NCBI GenBank assembly: GCA_963777955.1 | Contig: CAVZSQ010000021.1 | Location: 64,001-128,000 of the forward strand | Reading direction: 5' to 3' | Source: Calditrichia bacterium | Lineage (GTDB): Bacteria; Calditrichota; Calditrichia; JAJRVZ01 | Length of the DNA stretch: 64,000 nucleotides | Shown here: one piece after another, positions 51,965 through 62,587 of the stretch | How the letters are laid out: every line of letters begins with the position of its first letter | Numbering within the stretch: the first letter of the stretch is position 1 | Program-made: the position numbers and the translations under genes | The notes under the pieces: generated by a model | What the model was told of the DNA's origin: nothing | The model's database searches: none | What the model saw: only the letters and a program-made list of their open reading frames with translations

Positions 51965-53453
51965 CTATAACAGATTCAGGGTCAGCACAGCACTCGATAC
52001 CAGTTTACGCAGAGGTTCCCAGTATAAACCGAATACAATCATGGCCAGCGCAGTAACGGCAAGTATACCTGTATGAATCCAATTCATTTTGAGCGGGCTT
52101 TCCAGATCCATTCCGCGCAGATACATTTCACGCAAAATGCGCGCGTAATAGAACAGTGCCACCACACTGTTCAGAATACCGACCAGAACTAAAACGATAT
52201 ACCAGAATCCGCCGGCTTTAATCAGGGCGGCGAACAGATAAAATTTGCCGATAAAGCCAGCCAGGGGCGGAATTCCGGCCAGCGAAAAAAGGAAAACACC
52301 CAGAGCAATAGCCGCCGCAGGCATGCGGTAACCGAGTCCTTTGAATGCGGAAATATCCTCGCTGCCGGTGGTATCGGCAATAATCTGAACTACCGCAAAC
52401 GCCCCCAGGTTCATGAACAGGTAAATGGACAGATACAACAATATGGCATCGTAACCGCTTTGATCCAGCACCGTTACGCCCATCAGCAGATAACCGGCAT
52501 GCGCAATGGATGAATAAGCTGAATAAACGTTTCACGTTCATTTGATTGATGGCCGAGAAATTACCAAGGGTCATGGTGACCGCTGAAATCAGGCCAAGAA
52601 TTGCCAGGAGTGATGTCTTCAACTCGACATTCGCCTGGGGCAATAAAACAGATACAAACCGTAACAATAATGCAAAACCTGCTGCTTTTGGTGCCACGCT
52701 CAAAAAACCCGTAAAGGGTGTGGGTGCTCCCTGATAGACATCAGGACACCACATGTGGAAAGGTACCGCAGCAATTTTAAAGAAAATTCCGGTGAAGACC
52801 ATAAATAAGGCCACGACAATGGCTAACAGAGTCACCGTGCCGGCACCGGCCTGTAGAATTGAACTTGAATCTGACAGGATCAGCGCAATTCCGGAGAATG
52901 AGGTTGTCCCGGCCAGACCGTAAAGCAGTGACATGCCAAAGACCATGATCCCCGAAGCAACACCGCCAAAGATCACATATTTTAAGGCAGCCTCATGGGA
53001 GGAACGGTGGGTCTTCTTAAAACCGGTCAAGATATATGAAGCCAGACTTACCGTTTCCATACCCAGATAAGCCACTATTAAATCTTCGGCAGCGGCCATC
53101 AAGGAGATACCGATCACGATGGTCAATAATAAGGCCGCAAATTCAGGAAAACGACGTGCTGCTATCTCCCTGGATTGCGAGGCCAAAATTATTGTCAACC
53201 CCGCCGCACATACGGCAAAGAGCAGGAAAAAACGCGTAAACATATCAAAGCGGAATAAATTCTCGATTACTCCGCTACTCTCTATCGACAGACTGACGAT
53301 CACGGTGAGCACTAAAAAAATAATACTTAACAATGTGATTTGTTTCTGCACCGCCTCCGGATTTTTCCGGGCAAGGCCAAACAGCAGAATGACCAGAATT
53401 CCGATACTCAGAACTATTTGCGGATAAATCAACAGGATTTGTTGCACTGGCAT
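51965..53453 (-). CDS. nuoN: NADH-quinone oxidoreductase subunit N; apparent +1 insertion ~52520
   Basis: EAALKY, FKIAAVPFHMW.PD, KRLF/AYSSIAHAGY across frames, SLAGIPP. Confidence 0.92.
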
Positions 53454-53463
53454 GCTAATCTCC

Positions 53464-54984
53464 TTAAACCTGGAAAATCCTGATCATCGAGGTCAGGGTC
53501 GTGGTGATTAAATCCAGCGTGGGCATGGGATAGATTCCCAGGATGACGATTAACGCAGCCAGAGGATAGAGGGTAAAACGTTCACGCCAGTTCAGATCAG
53601 GCAGATTAGCATATTTATCATTCAATTTACCCAGGAACATTCTCTGCAGCGCCCATAAATAATAGGCCGCCGTAATAATCAGGGTCAAAGCCGAAGCAAT
53701 AGTAATAGCACGATACACGGGGAAAGCCCCCAGAAATACCAGGATTTCACTGATGAAGCCAGCCAAACCCGGCAAACCTAAAGAGGCCATGAATGCCAGG
53801 CCCAGCAAGCCGGTATACTCCGGCATCTGGTAGGCTAACCCGCCAAAACCATCAATCTCACGATGATGGGCGCGATCATAGATCACTCCTGCCAGCAGGA
53901 AGAGCATCGGGCTGATCAACCCGTGCGTCCACATTTGCAGCACGGCACCCGTAATACCCTGATCGGTGAAGGCTGCCATGCCCAACAGTACAAAACCCAT
54001 ATGACTGACCGAAGAGTAGGCAATTAACTTTTTCAGATCTTTTTGAGCCATGCAGACAAAGGCAGCATAGACGATGCTGATACCGCCCAAAATGGCCAGG
54101 GCCGGTGCAGCCCAGACCGTGGCCTCGGGAAGAATTCCAAAGTTGATACGCAGTATACCGTATCCCCCCATTTTCAGCAGAATACCAGCCAGAATAACCG
54201 ATATCGGCGTCGGTGCCTCCACGTGTGCATCCGGAAGCCAGGTATGGAAGGGCACCATCGGAATTTTAATGGCAAAACCGATGAACAACATCACAAAAAT
54301 AATCCTGGGAAATTCAAAACCGAGCAGAGGCGCTGCTGTGGAAAAATCGTTTTCATTGATCAATTTTATAATATTGAAAGTATGTTCCGTTGGTGTACCA
54401 TCGACCAGGGTCGACGGATTAGAATTGTAGTACAAGGCAATCAGGGCTATCAGCATCAATAACGATCCGAACAATGTGTACAGGAAGAACTTAATAGCTG
54501 CATATTCCTTGCGCGGACCTCCCCAGATTCCGATCAGAAAATACATGGGCAGCAACATGACTTCCCAGAACACGTAGAACAGAAAAAAATCCAGGGCGCA
54601 GAAAGTCCCCAGCATTCCGGTTTCCAATAACAAAAAGAGTGAAAAATATCCGCGAATCTTCTTCTCGATTCCCCAGGATGAAATGGCGGCGATGAATGTA
54701 ATCAGTACCGTCAGCAGGATCAGCAGGATAGAAAGTCCATCAACGCCGACATAATATTCAATATTAAACGAACGGATCCAGACAAAATGGTGCTGGAATT
54801 GTATACCTGTATTGCCCGGATCAAACCTGGTCAGCAGGTAGATACACAGGACCAGGGGCAACGCCGCAGCGATCGTGGCCGTCCAGCGAATGGCCTGTTT
54901 TTTTTCTTCCGGGAACAGCAGGATGATGGGAATGGCCAGCAGGGGCAGAAAGATGATCCAGGATAAAATCGTAGATTCCGTCAT
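53464..54984 (-). CDS. nuoM: NADH-quinone oxidoreductase subunit M
   Basis: FYVFWE, AAIKFFLYT, PFHTWLPDAH, LKMGGYG, AYSSVSHMG. Confidence 0.95.
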   Translation of the reverse strand: MTESTILSWIIFLPLLAIPIILLFPEEKKQAIRWTATIAAALPLVLCIYLLTRFDPGNTGIQFQHHFVWIRSFNIEYYVGVDGLSILLILLTVLITFIAAISSWGIEKKIRGYFSLFLLLETGMLGTFCALDFFLFYVFWEVMLLPMYFLIGIWGGPRKEYAAIKFFLYTLFGSLLMLIALIALYYNSNPSTLVDGTPTEHTFNIIKLINENDFSTAAPLLGFEFPRIIFVMLFIGFAIKIPMVPFHTWLPDAHVEAPTPISVILAGILLKMGGYGILRINFGILPEATVWAAPALAILGGISIVYAAFVCMAQKDLKKLIAYSSVSHMGFVLLGMAAFTDQGITGAVLQMWTHGLISPMLFLLAGVIYDRAHHREIDGFGGLAYQMPEYTGLLGLAFMASLGLPGLAGFISEILVFLGAFPVYRAITIASALTLIITAAYYLWALQRMFLGKLNDKYANLPDLNWRERFTLYPLAALIVILGIYPMPTLDLITTTLTSMIRIFQV

Positions 54985-55000
54985 AAAAACTCCGTTATCT

Positions 55001-57127
55001 TTATAGAATAAAACGAATTATAATCAGGGTCAGGCCGCCGCCCAGGAGAATATAAATATAAGTCTGAATTCTGCCCGTTTGTACCTGGCGGATCGTTTGA
55101 CCAAATTTACCGCTAAGATTGGCCAGGCCATTAACCGCTCCATCAATCACATAGGTATCATGCAGCCCGTTGAGCCAGGAAAAAAGACGGCCGATGTAAG
55201 CAATCAGATTTACCAGGCCATCAATAATATAGGTATCAAACCAACCACAGATTTTTGAAAATATTACCGAGCCGTTGATCATGGTGGACTGGTACAGTTC
55301 ATCTATATAATATTTATTGAACACCAGGCGATGCAGGCCCGGAAACATTTTTTTAAACCCGAGGGGTACTTTCGACCGGTAATCTTTAAAGAAAATATAG
55401 GCAAACACAAATCCGCTAAGAGCAATACCGATCGATGTGATCAGCAGCAGCCATTCCATGGTAGACGGATATTCCTGCCAGCTCAGCAGTTCGCTGACCG
55501 GCTCAAATACAGGTTCTAACCAACCTTCCAGCCAGTTGGGCAGGTGCCACAAATGTGGTAAACCGATTACACCGCCTATAATGGATAACACTCCCAGTAT
55601 CTGTAAAATCCGGGTAATAGTCGGCGGTGATTCATGTAAATGTGTTTCGGCAGACTGGCCGCCGCGAAAAGTTCCGCTAAAGGTCATAAAATAAGAGCGG
55701 AACATATAAAATGAAGTTAAAACGGCAGCAACGGCTCCCAGTAACCACAGCAGTTGGCCAGGAACCAGGGTATTGGAATTTGAAAAGGCTTTCCACAGAA
55801 TTTCATCTTTGGAAAAGAATCCGGACATAAACGGGAAACCGGCAATTGCGCAACAGGCGGCCAGGTAGGTCCAGCGGGTGACGGGCATATGTTTACTCAA
55901 ACCACCCATGTTGCGCATATCCTGCGGATCAGCATGATGATTATTCATCTGCTGATAGACGTGATGCATGGCATGGATCACACTGCCAGAACCGAGAAAG
56001 AGACAGGCCTTAAAAAAAGCATGGGTTAACAGGTGAAAAATTCCTACCCAATAAGCGCCAACCCCCACCCCTATAAACATAAATCCTAACTGACTGATCG
56101 TCGAGTAGGCCAGAACCTTTTTAATATCAAATTGAAACAAACCGATCGTCGCTGCAAAAAGTGCAGTCAGCGCACCTACGACAGCCACAACAGTCATAGC
56201 CGTGGCCGATAAGGCGAACAGGAAATTCAGGCGGGCCACCATATAAACACCGGCCGTAACCATGGTCGCAGCATGGATTAACGCTGAAACCGGAGTCGGA
56301 CCGGCCATGGCGTCGGGCAACCATACATATAGCGGAATTTGTGCGCTTTTGGCAGTGGCACCCCAGAAAAATAACAGACATACCAGTGTTGGTACGGCCA
56401 TACCCCAGATTTTTTGATCCGCCAGTAAGGGAGCAAATTCCTGTACCTGGCGAAATACCAGTGTTAAACGCTCCGGATATAAAAACGAATAATCAGCACC
56501 CTGCCAGCTTCCGCCAAGCGCCCAGAGCAGTACAATCACTCCTATGGTAAATCCGAAATCACCCACCCGGTTAGTGATAAAGGCCTTCATCCCGGCCTGG
56601 GCATTTTTCAGATCCTGATACCAGAAGGAAATCAACAGATAGGAACACAGGCCAACCCCTTCCCAGCCGATAAACATCAGTAGAAAATTATCCCCCAGGA
56701 TCAAAGTGAGCATGGAAAACATAAAAAGATTCATATAAGCAAAAAAGCGCCAGTAACCAGGGTCCTTATGCATATAGCCGATACTGTAAATATGGATCAG
56801 CGTACCGACAAAAGTTATCATCAGCGTCATAACAGCAGCCAGGGTATCGAACCAGAAGGCCATGGGGATGGAAAAACTGCCGATTTTAATCCAATCAAAC
56901 AGGTAACAGAGGAGTTGGCGGGATTCAGCCGGTTGGTGTAATAATTGTATAAAATAATAAACGGTAATTAAAAATGAGGCGGTCGGGAAGGATACGGCAA
57001 GCGCATGAATGGGCCTTTCACCGTAACGGCGATGAATCTTTAATCCGAATACACCATTTATAAATGCACCCAGTAACGGTAATACCGGTATTAACCAGAG
57101 CCACTGTACTTGTATATTCTGCTGCAA
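55001..57127 (-). CDS. nuoL: NADH-quinone oxidoreductase subunit L
   Basis: GWEGVG, KSAQIPL..WLPDAM.GPTPVSALIHAATMV, KKVLAYST, HAFFKA. Confidence 0.95.
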   Translation of the reverse strand: MQQNIQVQWLWLIPVLPLLGAFINGVFGLKIHRRYGERPIHALAVSFPTASFLITVYYFIQLLHQPAESRQLLCYLFDWIKIGSFSIPMAFWFDTLAAVMTLMITFVGTLIHIYSIGYMHKDPGYWRFFAYMNLFMFSMLTLILGDNFLLMFIGWEGVGLCSYLLISFWYQDLKNAQAGMKAFITNRVGDFGFTIGVIVLLWALGGSWQGADYSFLYPERLTLVFRQVQEFAPLLADQKIWGMAVPTLVCLLFFWGATAKSAQIPLYVWLPDAMAGPTPVSALIHAATMVTAGVYMVARLNFLFALSATAMTVVAVVGALTALFAATIGLFQFDIKKVLAYSTISQLGFMFIGVGVGAYWVGIFHLLTHAFFKACLFLGSGSVIHAMHHVYQQMNNHHADPQDMRNMGGLSKHMPVTRWTYLAACCAIAGFPFMSGFFSKDEILWKAFSNSNTLVPGQLLWLLGAVAAVLTSFYMFRSYFMTFSGTFRGGQSAETHLHESPPTITRILQILGVLSIIGGVIGLPHLWHLPNWLEGWLEPVFEPVSELLSWQEYPSTMEWLLLITSIGIALSGFVFAYIFFKDYRSKVPLGFKKMFPGLHRLVFNKYYIDELYQSTMINGSVIFSKICGWFDTYIIDGLVNLIAYIGRLFSWLNGLHDTYVIDGAVNGLANLSGKFGQTIRQVQTGRIQTYIYILLGGGLTLIIIRFIL

Positions 57128-57131
57128 ATGC

Positions 57132-57446
57132 TTACTCCTTTAACTCGATCGTCAGGGCGGCATCGATATGTTTGAAAGAGCGGAAAATAGACAGCACAAT
57201 GGCCATGGCGATTGCCGCCTCAGCCGCTGCCAGTACGATCACAAAAAGTGCGAAGATCTGCCCGGAAATATTTTGTTCAATAAAATGGGCGAAGGCTACT
57301 AAATTGATATTGGTGGCATTAAGGATCAATTCCACACCCATCAGCAAACCAATCGCATTACGCCTGGCCAGTACACAGATCAAGCCCAGGGAAAACAGTA
57401 AAGCAGCCACAACCAGATAATGTGTCAAGCCAATGGTCAGATTCAT
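57132..57446 (-). CDS. nuoK: NADH-quinone oxidoreductase subunit K
   Basis: RRNAI..LM.VELILN, GQIFALF, AAAEAA. Confidence 0.93.
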   Translation of the reverse strand: MNLTIGLTHYLVVAALLFSLGLICVLARRNAIGLLMGVELILNATNINLVAFAHFIEQNISGQIFALFVIVLAAAEAAIAMAIVLSIFRSFKHIDAALTIELKE

Positions 57447-57973
57447 GAACGGGGCTCCTTGATTTCCTCCGGTTTGATTTCTTTACGCACCATCATTACC
57501 GCACCGATCATTGTCGCCAGCAACACTAAAGATAATATTTCAAAAGGAATTAAATATTTCCCCAGCAGAGAGTCGCCGATCAGGGTTATTGTGGAAGGAA
57601 CTTCAACCGGAGTTTTTTCCGCTACAGGGAATTTAACTGCTATAGTGATCAATAATAAAGCACTGATCAGCCCGAACATACCGGCCAGCAGCAATTTTCG
57701 CGTTGGATTGGATAGTTTTGCCTCCTGAATATTACGGGTTAACATTATTGCGAACAGAATGACGATCAGAACTCCGCCCACATAGACCAGAATTTGCACC
57801 GCTGCTAAAAAATTGGCGCTCAGCAGACCATAGAGACCTGCTACCCCGGCAAAGGTACCCAATAAAGCAAAACCGGAATGTACTATATTTTTCGAAAAGG
57901 CTACCACCGCTGCAAAGATTAAAACTGTGCAGGCCAGAAAATAGAATAGTATATCGGCAAAAGTCAGAATCAT
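57443..57973 (-). CDS. nuoJ: NADH-quinone oxidoreductase subunit J
   Basis: QILVYVGG...LFAIML, YLIPFE. Confidence 0.92.
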   Translation of the reverse strand: MILTFADILFYFLACTVLIFAAVVAFSKNIVHSGFALLGTFAGVAGLYGLLSANFLAAVQILVYVGGVLIVILFAIMLTRNIQEAKLSNPTRKLLLAGMFGLISALLLITIAVKFPVAEKTPVEVPSTITLIGDSLLGKYLIPFEILSLVLLATMIGAVMMVRKEIKPEEIKEPRS

Positions 57974-58581
57974 TATGATTTTCCCCCGGCAGGATTTTTC
58001 GGTTTCCAGCGTACTTCGCCCCGTACTGTATCGGCGTCCAGGGACGCCGCAGCGTCCCAGGTTTTATGCACCTGGTGAAAAGCCTCATTCTGAGGTATGC
58101 TTTCCGGGTCCTGATCCTTCACCGGTTTATATACCGGAATTTTGTCCCCATAACGGACATAGTGTAATACCAGATTGATGACATTGGCACTGCTGGCTTC
58201 GAAGTCAGTGCTATGCCGGATGGAACCGGTCGGACATACTTCACTGCATAATCCGCAGAACATACATTTTGCGATATCGATATCAAACAGGGTTATAAAA
58301 TTCTTCTTCGCTTCTACATCTCTGAAGGTCTCAATCTTAATTATATCGATAGGACAACGTTTCATACAGGCCAGGCAACCGGTACAGATTTTTATATCCA
58401 CTTCCAGAACACCGCGATACGTGGCGGGCAGCATCTCCTGAACCGGTTTGGGAATACGGTCAGGATATTGAATCGTCATTGGCTTACGGGCCAGATAGGA
58501 CAGGGTGACAGCCATCCCCTCGAAAATCGAAACGAAAGCATTCTTTATATTGACAAAATAATTCTTTATGGCTGATACCAC
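57973..58581 (-). CDS. nuoI: NADH-quinone oxidoreductase subunit I (2x[4Fe-4S])
   Basis: TIQYP, CTGCLACMKRCP, CMFCGLCSEVCP. Confidence 0.92.
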   Translation of the reverse strand: MVSAIKNYFVNIKNAFVSIFEGMAVTLSYLARKPMTIQYPDRIPKPVQEMLPATYRGVLEVDIKICTGCLACMKRCPIDIIKIETFRDVEAKKNFITLFDIDIAKCMFCGLCSEVCPTGSIRHSTDFEASSANVINLVLHYVRYGDKIPVYKPVKDQDPESIPQNEAFHQVHKTWDAAASLDADTVRGEVRWKPKNPAGGKS

Positions 58582-58585
58582 TCAA

Positions 58586-59819
58586 TCACTCCCATATCTT
58601 TAAGTAGATTTTATCCTTGAGTGCGCGAATGTTATAAACAGAGCGTGCCAGCAGGGCCAGGACCAGCCCAAAGCCCAATATTGTCAGCACAATTTTTAAA
58701 CTGAAATGAAACCAGTTCCAGGCCGTGGTTTGCGGTAAGATTGCAAACAGGGCTGAACCCATCAGACATACAAATCCGATTGGTACGAAATATTTCCAGC
58801 ACATAACCATTAATTGGTCCACCCGCAAGCGGGGCAGAGTCCAGCGTATCCAGATTACTATAAAAACAAAGAGAAGTGTTTTGGTGAAAAAAACAGACTA
58901 CACTGGCCAAAATCCATAAATATTTCGCTGCGCCGGCGGACTGACTGATAACTGCTCCAAGATCGGCTATCCCCGGTATCTGCCAGCCGCCCAAAAATAA
59001 AGTCGTTATTATCGCTGACATCACCCACAGGTTAGCCCACTCGGCAAAGAAAAAGAAGACAAAACGCATACCGGAATATTCAGTCAAATAACCCGCAACC
59101 AGTTCGCTTTCCGCTTCCGGTAAATCAAAGGGCGTACGGTTCCCTTCAGCTAATATCGAGGAAAAGAAAATAAAAAAAGCGATAAAAGAGAACGGATTAT
59201 TAAAAATGAACCAGTACCACGGCCAGCCCCCCTGCTGCTTAATAATTTCCTGCATATTCAGGGTTCCGGCCAGGACTACAATGGTCAGCACTGCCAGTCC
59301 GGTCGGGATTTCATAAGAGACAATTTGCGCGGCACTGCGAATACCGCCCAGCAGCGACCACTTATTATTGCTGGACCAGCCGGCCATTAATACACCCAGC
59401 ACTACAAACGTGGTAATTGCCGATATATAGAAAATACCGATATCAATATTTGAAGCAACCAGACCGTAACCGAACGGCAGGGCCGCAAAGGCGGCAAAAC
59501 ATCCGGCAAAAACGAGATAAGGAGCAAAGCGAAAAAGAGGTTTATCCACCGCCTGCGGAATCACATCTTCTTTTAAAAAACATTTCAGACCATCGGCAAT
59601 CCACTGAAAAGAACCTCCGGGACCAACGCGATTCGGACCAATGCGCGACTGCATTCTGCCGGCAAAACGGCGTTCAGCCCAGGAAGTAACTCCGGCAAAA
59701 GTCGCCATAAAAACCAGAACCACCGCCGCAACCGTCAGAATCCACAGCATCGTTACCAGCGTCATCATTCCTGGATTTAATTGCCAGTCAACTGATAGAG
59801 AATTAAAAAGTTCTTGCAT
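58586..59819 (-). CDS. nuoH: NADH-quinone oxidoreductase subunit H; apparent +1 insertion in a T-run ~58890
   Basis: [55 protein letters not shown] in shifted frame. Confidence 0.93.
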
Positions 59820-59866
59820 ATTATATTACAGATTTTGTTATTTGCATTAATTTAGTAGCTTCATAA

Positions 59867-59931
59867 TTCCTTAGTTCCTTAGTTCCTTAGTGTCCTTAGT
59901 TCCTTTGTCTCTCTGTCCCTTTGTCCCTTTA
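59867..59931. repeat. Degenerate 8-nt tandem repeat (TTCCTTAG x3, then variants; 8 units) between nuoD and nuoH
   Basis: ttccttag ttccttag ttccttag tgtccttag ttcctttg tctctctg tccctttg tcccttta read directly. Confidence 0.85.
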
Positions 59932-59933
59932 TT

Positions 59934-61067
59934 TTATCTATCCACCTCAGGGGCCACTACATCCAGGCTGCCGAAACAAGCGGTTAAATCTGCCACCATC
60001 ATACCGGGAACGATCTTTGGCAAAATCGCCATGGCCAGAAACGATCCGGTTCTTATTTTAGTACGATAGGCAGTGTCGGTGCCATCACTGATAACATGAA
60101 AACCCATTTCACCACGGGCACTCTCCACGCGACTGTAAACTTCACCCGCAGGTACGACAGGATTCCGTAATATCTTAGTCTGATACTCCCCTTCGGCCAG
60201 GCCTTCAATCGCCTGCCGCACTATCCTGGCCGATTCCTCCATTTCCTCTATGCGGACCATATAACGTGCATAGGAATCACCCGCCTCGCCTCTGTACCTG
60301 CCGCCGGTTACCACTTTAAATTTGAATTCCGGATAAACACTGTAGGGAAAATCACGGCGCAGATCGAAGTCAATGCCTGAGGCGCGCAGGTTAGGACCAC
60401 CCAGACTATAATCGATAGCCAGTTGCGCCGGGATCACTCCGACGTGAATCAGGCGTTTTTCAAAAATTTCATTGCCGGTAATCAAGCGGTTAAATTCAGG
60501 AATAAAATTTTCGAAGCGATTCAGAAAATCCAGGATTTCCTTATCCAGCCCGGGCATGAAATCGCGACAGACTCCTCCTATGCGCAGGTAATTATAATTC
60601 AGCCGGGCACCGCATATTTTTTCCATGATATCGTTGACTTTTTCCCGTTCACGGATACCGTGCAGAAATGGTGTAAAAGCACCCAGGTCCATAGCCATTG
60701 TACCACAGGCGATCAGATGACTGATGATACGGTTTAACTCACAGGCAATCACCCGTAAATATTCCGCCCGGCGGGGAACCTGTATGCCTAATAATTTTTC
60801 TACGGCCATGCACCAGGCCTGATTACCAAACATAGCGGCCAGATAATCCACACGATCAGTATAAGGAATGAATCCGGTGTACTGGGTCAGTTCCGAGATC
60901 TTCTCGATGGAGCGGTGTAAATATCCGACGTGGGGATCGACCGCTTGTATGACTTCACCCTTCAATTGCAATCGCAGATTGATCACACCATGGGTAGAAG
61001 GATGCTGCGGCCCCATGTTGACTACTGTCGATTCGGTATCCAGAGTTTCTACCATCAGTTTGGTCAT
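59934..61067 (-). CDS. nuoD: NADH-quinone oxidoreductase subunit D
   Basis: NMGPQHPSTHG, GYLHR, DRVDY, RIGG, EVDR; no NiFe-binding CxxC motifs. Confidence 0.94.
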   Translation of the reverse strand: MTKLMVETLDTESTVVNMGPQHPSTHGVINLRLQLKGEVIQAVDPHVGYLHRSIEKISELTQYTGFIPYTDRVDYLAAMFGNQAWCMAVEKLLGIQVPRRAEYLRVIACELNRIISHLIACGTMAMDLGAFTPFLHGIREREKVNDIMEKICGARLNYNYLRIGGVCRDFMPGLDKEILDFLNRFENFIPEFNRLITGNEIFEKRLIHVGVIPAQLAIDYSLGGPNLRASGIDFDLRRDFPYSVYPEFKFKVVTGGRYRGEAGDSYARYMVRIEEMEESARIVRQAIEGLAEGEYQTKILRNPVVPAGEVYSRVESARGEMGFHVISDGTDTAYRTKIRTGSFLAMAILPKIVPGMMVADLTACFGSLDVVAPEVDR

Positions 61068-61071
61068 CTGC

Positions 61072-61680
61072 TTATCCCGCCGTGGATTTCTGGTTTTGAT
61101 CACTGGAATTCATCGATGGTGTATTTGCCGAAGATGTACCACTTGCCGGGTCAATAGTTTTTTCCTGCTGGGAGGCTGTTCTGACTTGAACCAGTAATTG
61201 ATGAGGATCCGGCCGGTCACAGGGAATGCCATGATAATCTGCAGGTGCCTGATAATCTTTACGCAGGGGATGCCCAATCCAGTCGTCGGGCATCATAATT
61301 CTTCTCAGATCGGGATGACCCTGGAACTGAATTCCGACCAGATCGTAGGCCTCGCGTTCGAACCACTCAGCGGCAGGGTATAATTGCGTAAGGCTGGATA
61401 ATGCGGGATTGTCTTTCGGAATCAGAACTTTGATCATGACCTCGAACTTGCCTGCTAATGAACGAATCTGATAAACAACTCCCAGCGCAGTCTCATAGTC
61501 GATCCCGGAGAGACAGGCCAGATAATTCATCGCCAGATTATTTTTTAATATTTGAATCACCTGAATTAAATCGGCAGGTTGAACCAGCAGCCAGGGATCC
61601 CCGGCTTGTCCCTGCTGAAGTTCGATTTTGGCAGCCGGTAACAGACTTTGCAGAGCTGATTGAATTTCATTAGCCGTCAT
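61072..61680 (-). CDS. nuoC: NADH-quinone oxidoreductase subunit C
   Basis: WFEREAYDLVGI.F.GHPDLRRI, GHPLRKDY; low-complexity C-terminal tail. Confidence 0.93.
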   Translation of the reverse strand: MTANEIQSALQSLLPAAKIELQQGQAGDPWLLVQPADLIQVIQILKNNLAMNYLACLSGIDYETALGVVYQIRSLAGKFEVMIKVLIPKDNPALSSLTQLYPAAEWFEREAYDLVGIQFQGHPDLRRIMMPDDWIGHPLRKDYQAPADYHGIPCDRPDPHQLLVQVRTASQQEKTIDPASGTSSANTPSMNSSDQNQKSTAG

Positions 61681-62189
61681 CGTGCAATTTTCTCCGAATC
61701 CATCTTCATGCGTACGACCCAGCGTTCTTTTTCGATCTTTTTCTGTATATTCAGCAAGGCTTCATTAAGCGCCTCCGGCCGGGGCGCACAACCCGGTAAA
61801 TACATATCGACCGGAATCACTTTATCGATGCCTTTGACCACGGAGTATCCTTTCTGGAACAAACCGCCGCAATTAGCACAGGCGCCCATGGCCAGAACAT
61901 ATTTGGGTTCCGGCATCTGGTCATATAAACGGCGGACTGCCTCCGCCATTTTATAGGTGACCGAACCGGCAACCAGCAGTACATCGGCCTGGCGCGGTGT
62001 AGCCCGGAAGACCATGCCGAAGCGGTCCAGGTCAGTTCGCGGACCCCCGGTTTGCATCAATTCAATACCACAACAGGCCGTCGCAAACAACAGATACCAT
62101 AATGAATTTCTGCGGGGCCAATTCAGCAGCCAGTCTATTTTTGTAGGCATAACCATGCCTTCCGCCCATTCATATTCGCTCATTGTCAT
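61677..62189 (-). CDS. nuoB: NADH-quinone oxidoreductase subunit B
   Basis: ACCGIE, DRFG, PRQAD, MPEPK, GAC, PGCAPRP. Confidence 0.94.
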   Translation of the reverse strand: MTMSEYEWAEGMVMPTKIDWLLNWPRRNSLWYLLFATACCGIELMQTGGPRTDLDRFGMVFRATPRQADVLLVAGSVTYKMAEAVRRLYDQMPEPKYVLAMGACANCGGLFQKGYSVVKGIDKVIPVDMYLPGCAPRPEALNEALLNIQKKIEKERWVVRMKMDSEKIAR

Positions 62190-62587
62190 TCCTGTTCATA
62201 ATTTTTGTCTTCAATTTTTTTGATCCATTCCAGATCCCCGCGGGCCCATAAGAATATCAAGCCAACAACCAGGATCACCACAAAGATCAGGATTTCGATA
62301 AAGGCCACCAGACCATTCCCGGCCTTAGCCCAATTACGTAAAACGGTGATGACCGGGAAGGTCAGGACTATTTCTACATCGAATATCAGAAAAATTAAGG
62401 CCAGCATATAAAAACGGGGATTAAAATTGTACCAGCCACTGCCGATGGGCGGCTCTCCGCATTCATAGGTTTCATTCCGCTTTTGTCCCATCCGCCGCGG
62501 ACGGATCAGGGCACCCAGGGCCAGAGCGATAAAAACAAATCCAAGGCCCAGGGCCAGAAATATGAAGATTAAACTGAATTCAAACAA
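62186..62587 (-). CDS. nuoA: NADH-quinone oxidoreductase subunit A
   Basis: YECGE, FY..ALIFLIFDVE, GDLEW. Confidence 0.93.
   Translation of the reverse strand: MFEFSLIFIFLALGLGFVFIALALGALIRPRRMGQKRNETYECGEPPIGSGWYNFNPRFYMLALIFLIFDVEIVLTFPVITVLRNWAKAGNGLVAFIEILIFVVILVVGLIFLWARGDLEWIKKIEDKNYEQE

Noticed and set aside
530..58900. Pseudogenes or programmed ribosomal frameshifts
   Set aside because: Each is a single clean indel in an otherwise intact, often essential gene, with no common slippery motif; sequencing error is the simplest explanation.
59867..59931. CRISPR array
   Set aside because: Units are 8 nt with no spacers, and there are no cas genes.
59934..62189. Group 4 [NiFe]-hydrogenase
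   Set aside because: The large subunit has no CxxC Ni-binding motifs and keeps the complex I quinone-site residues.
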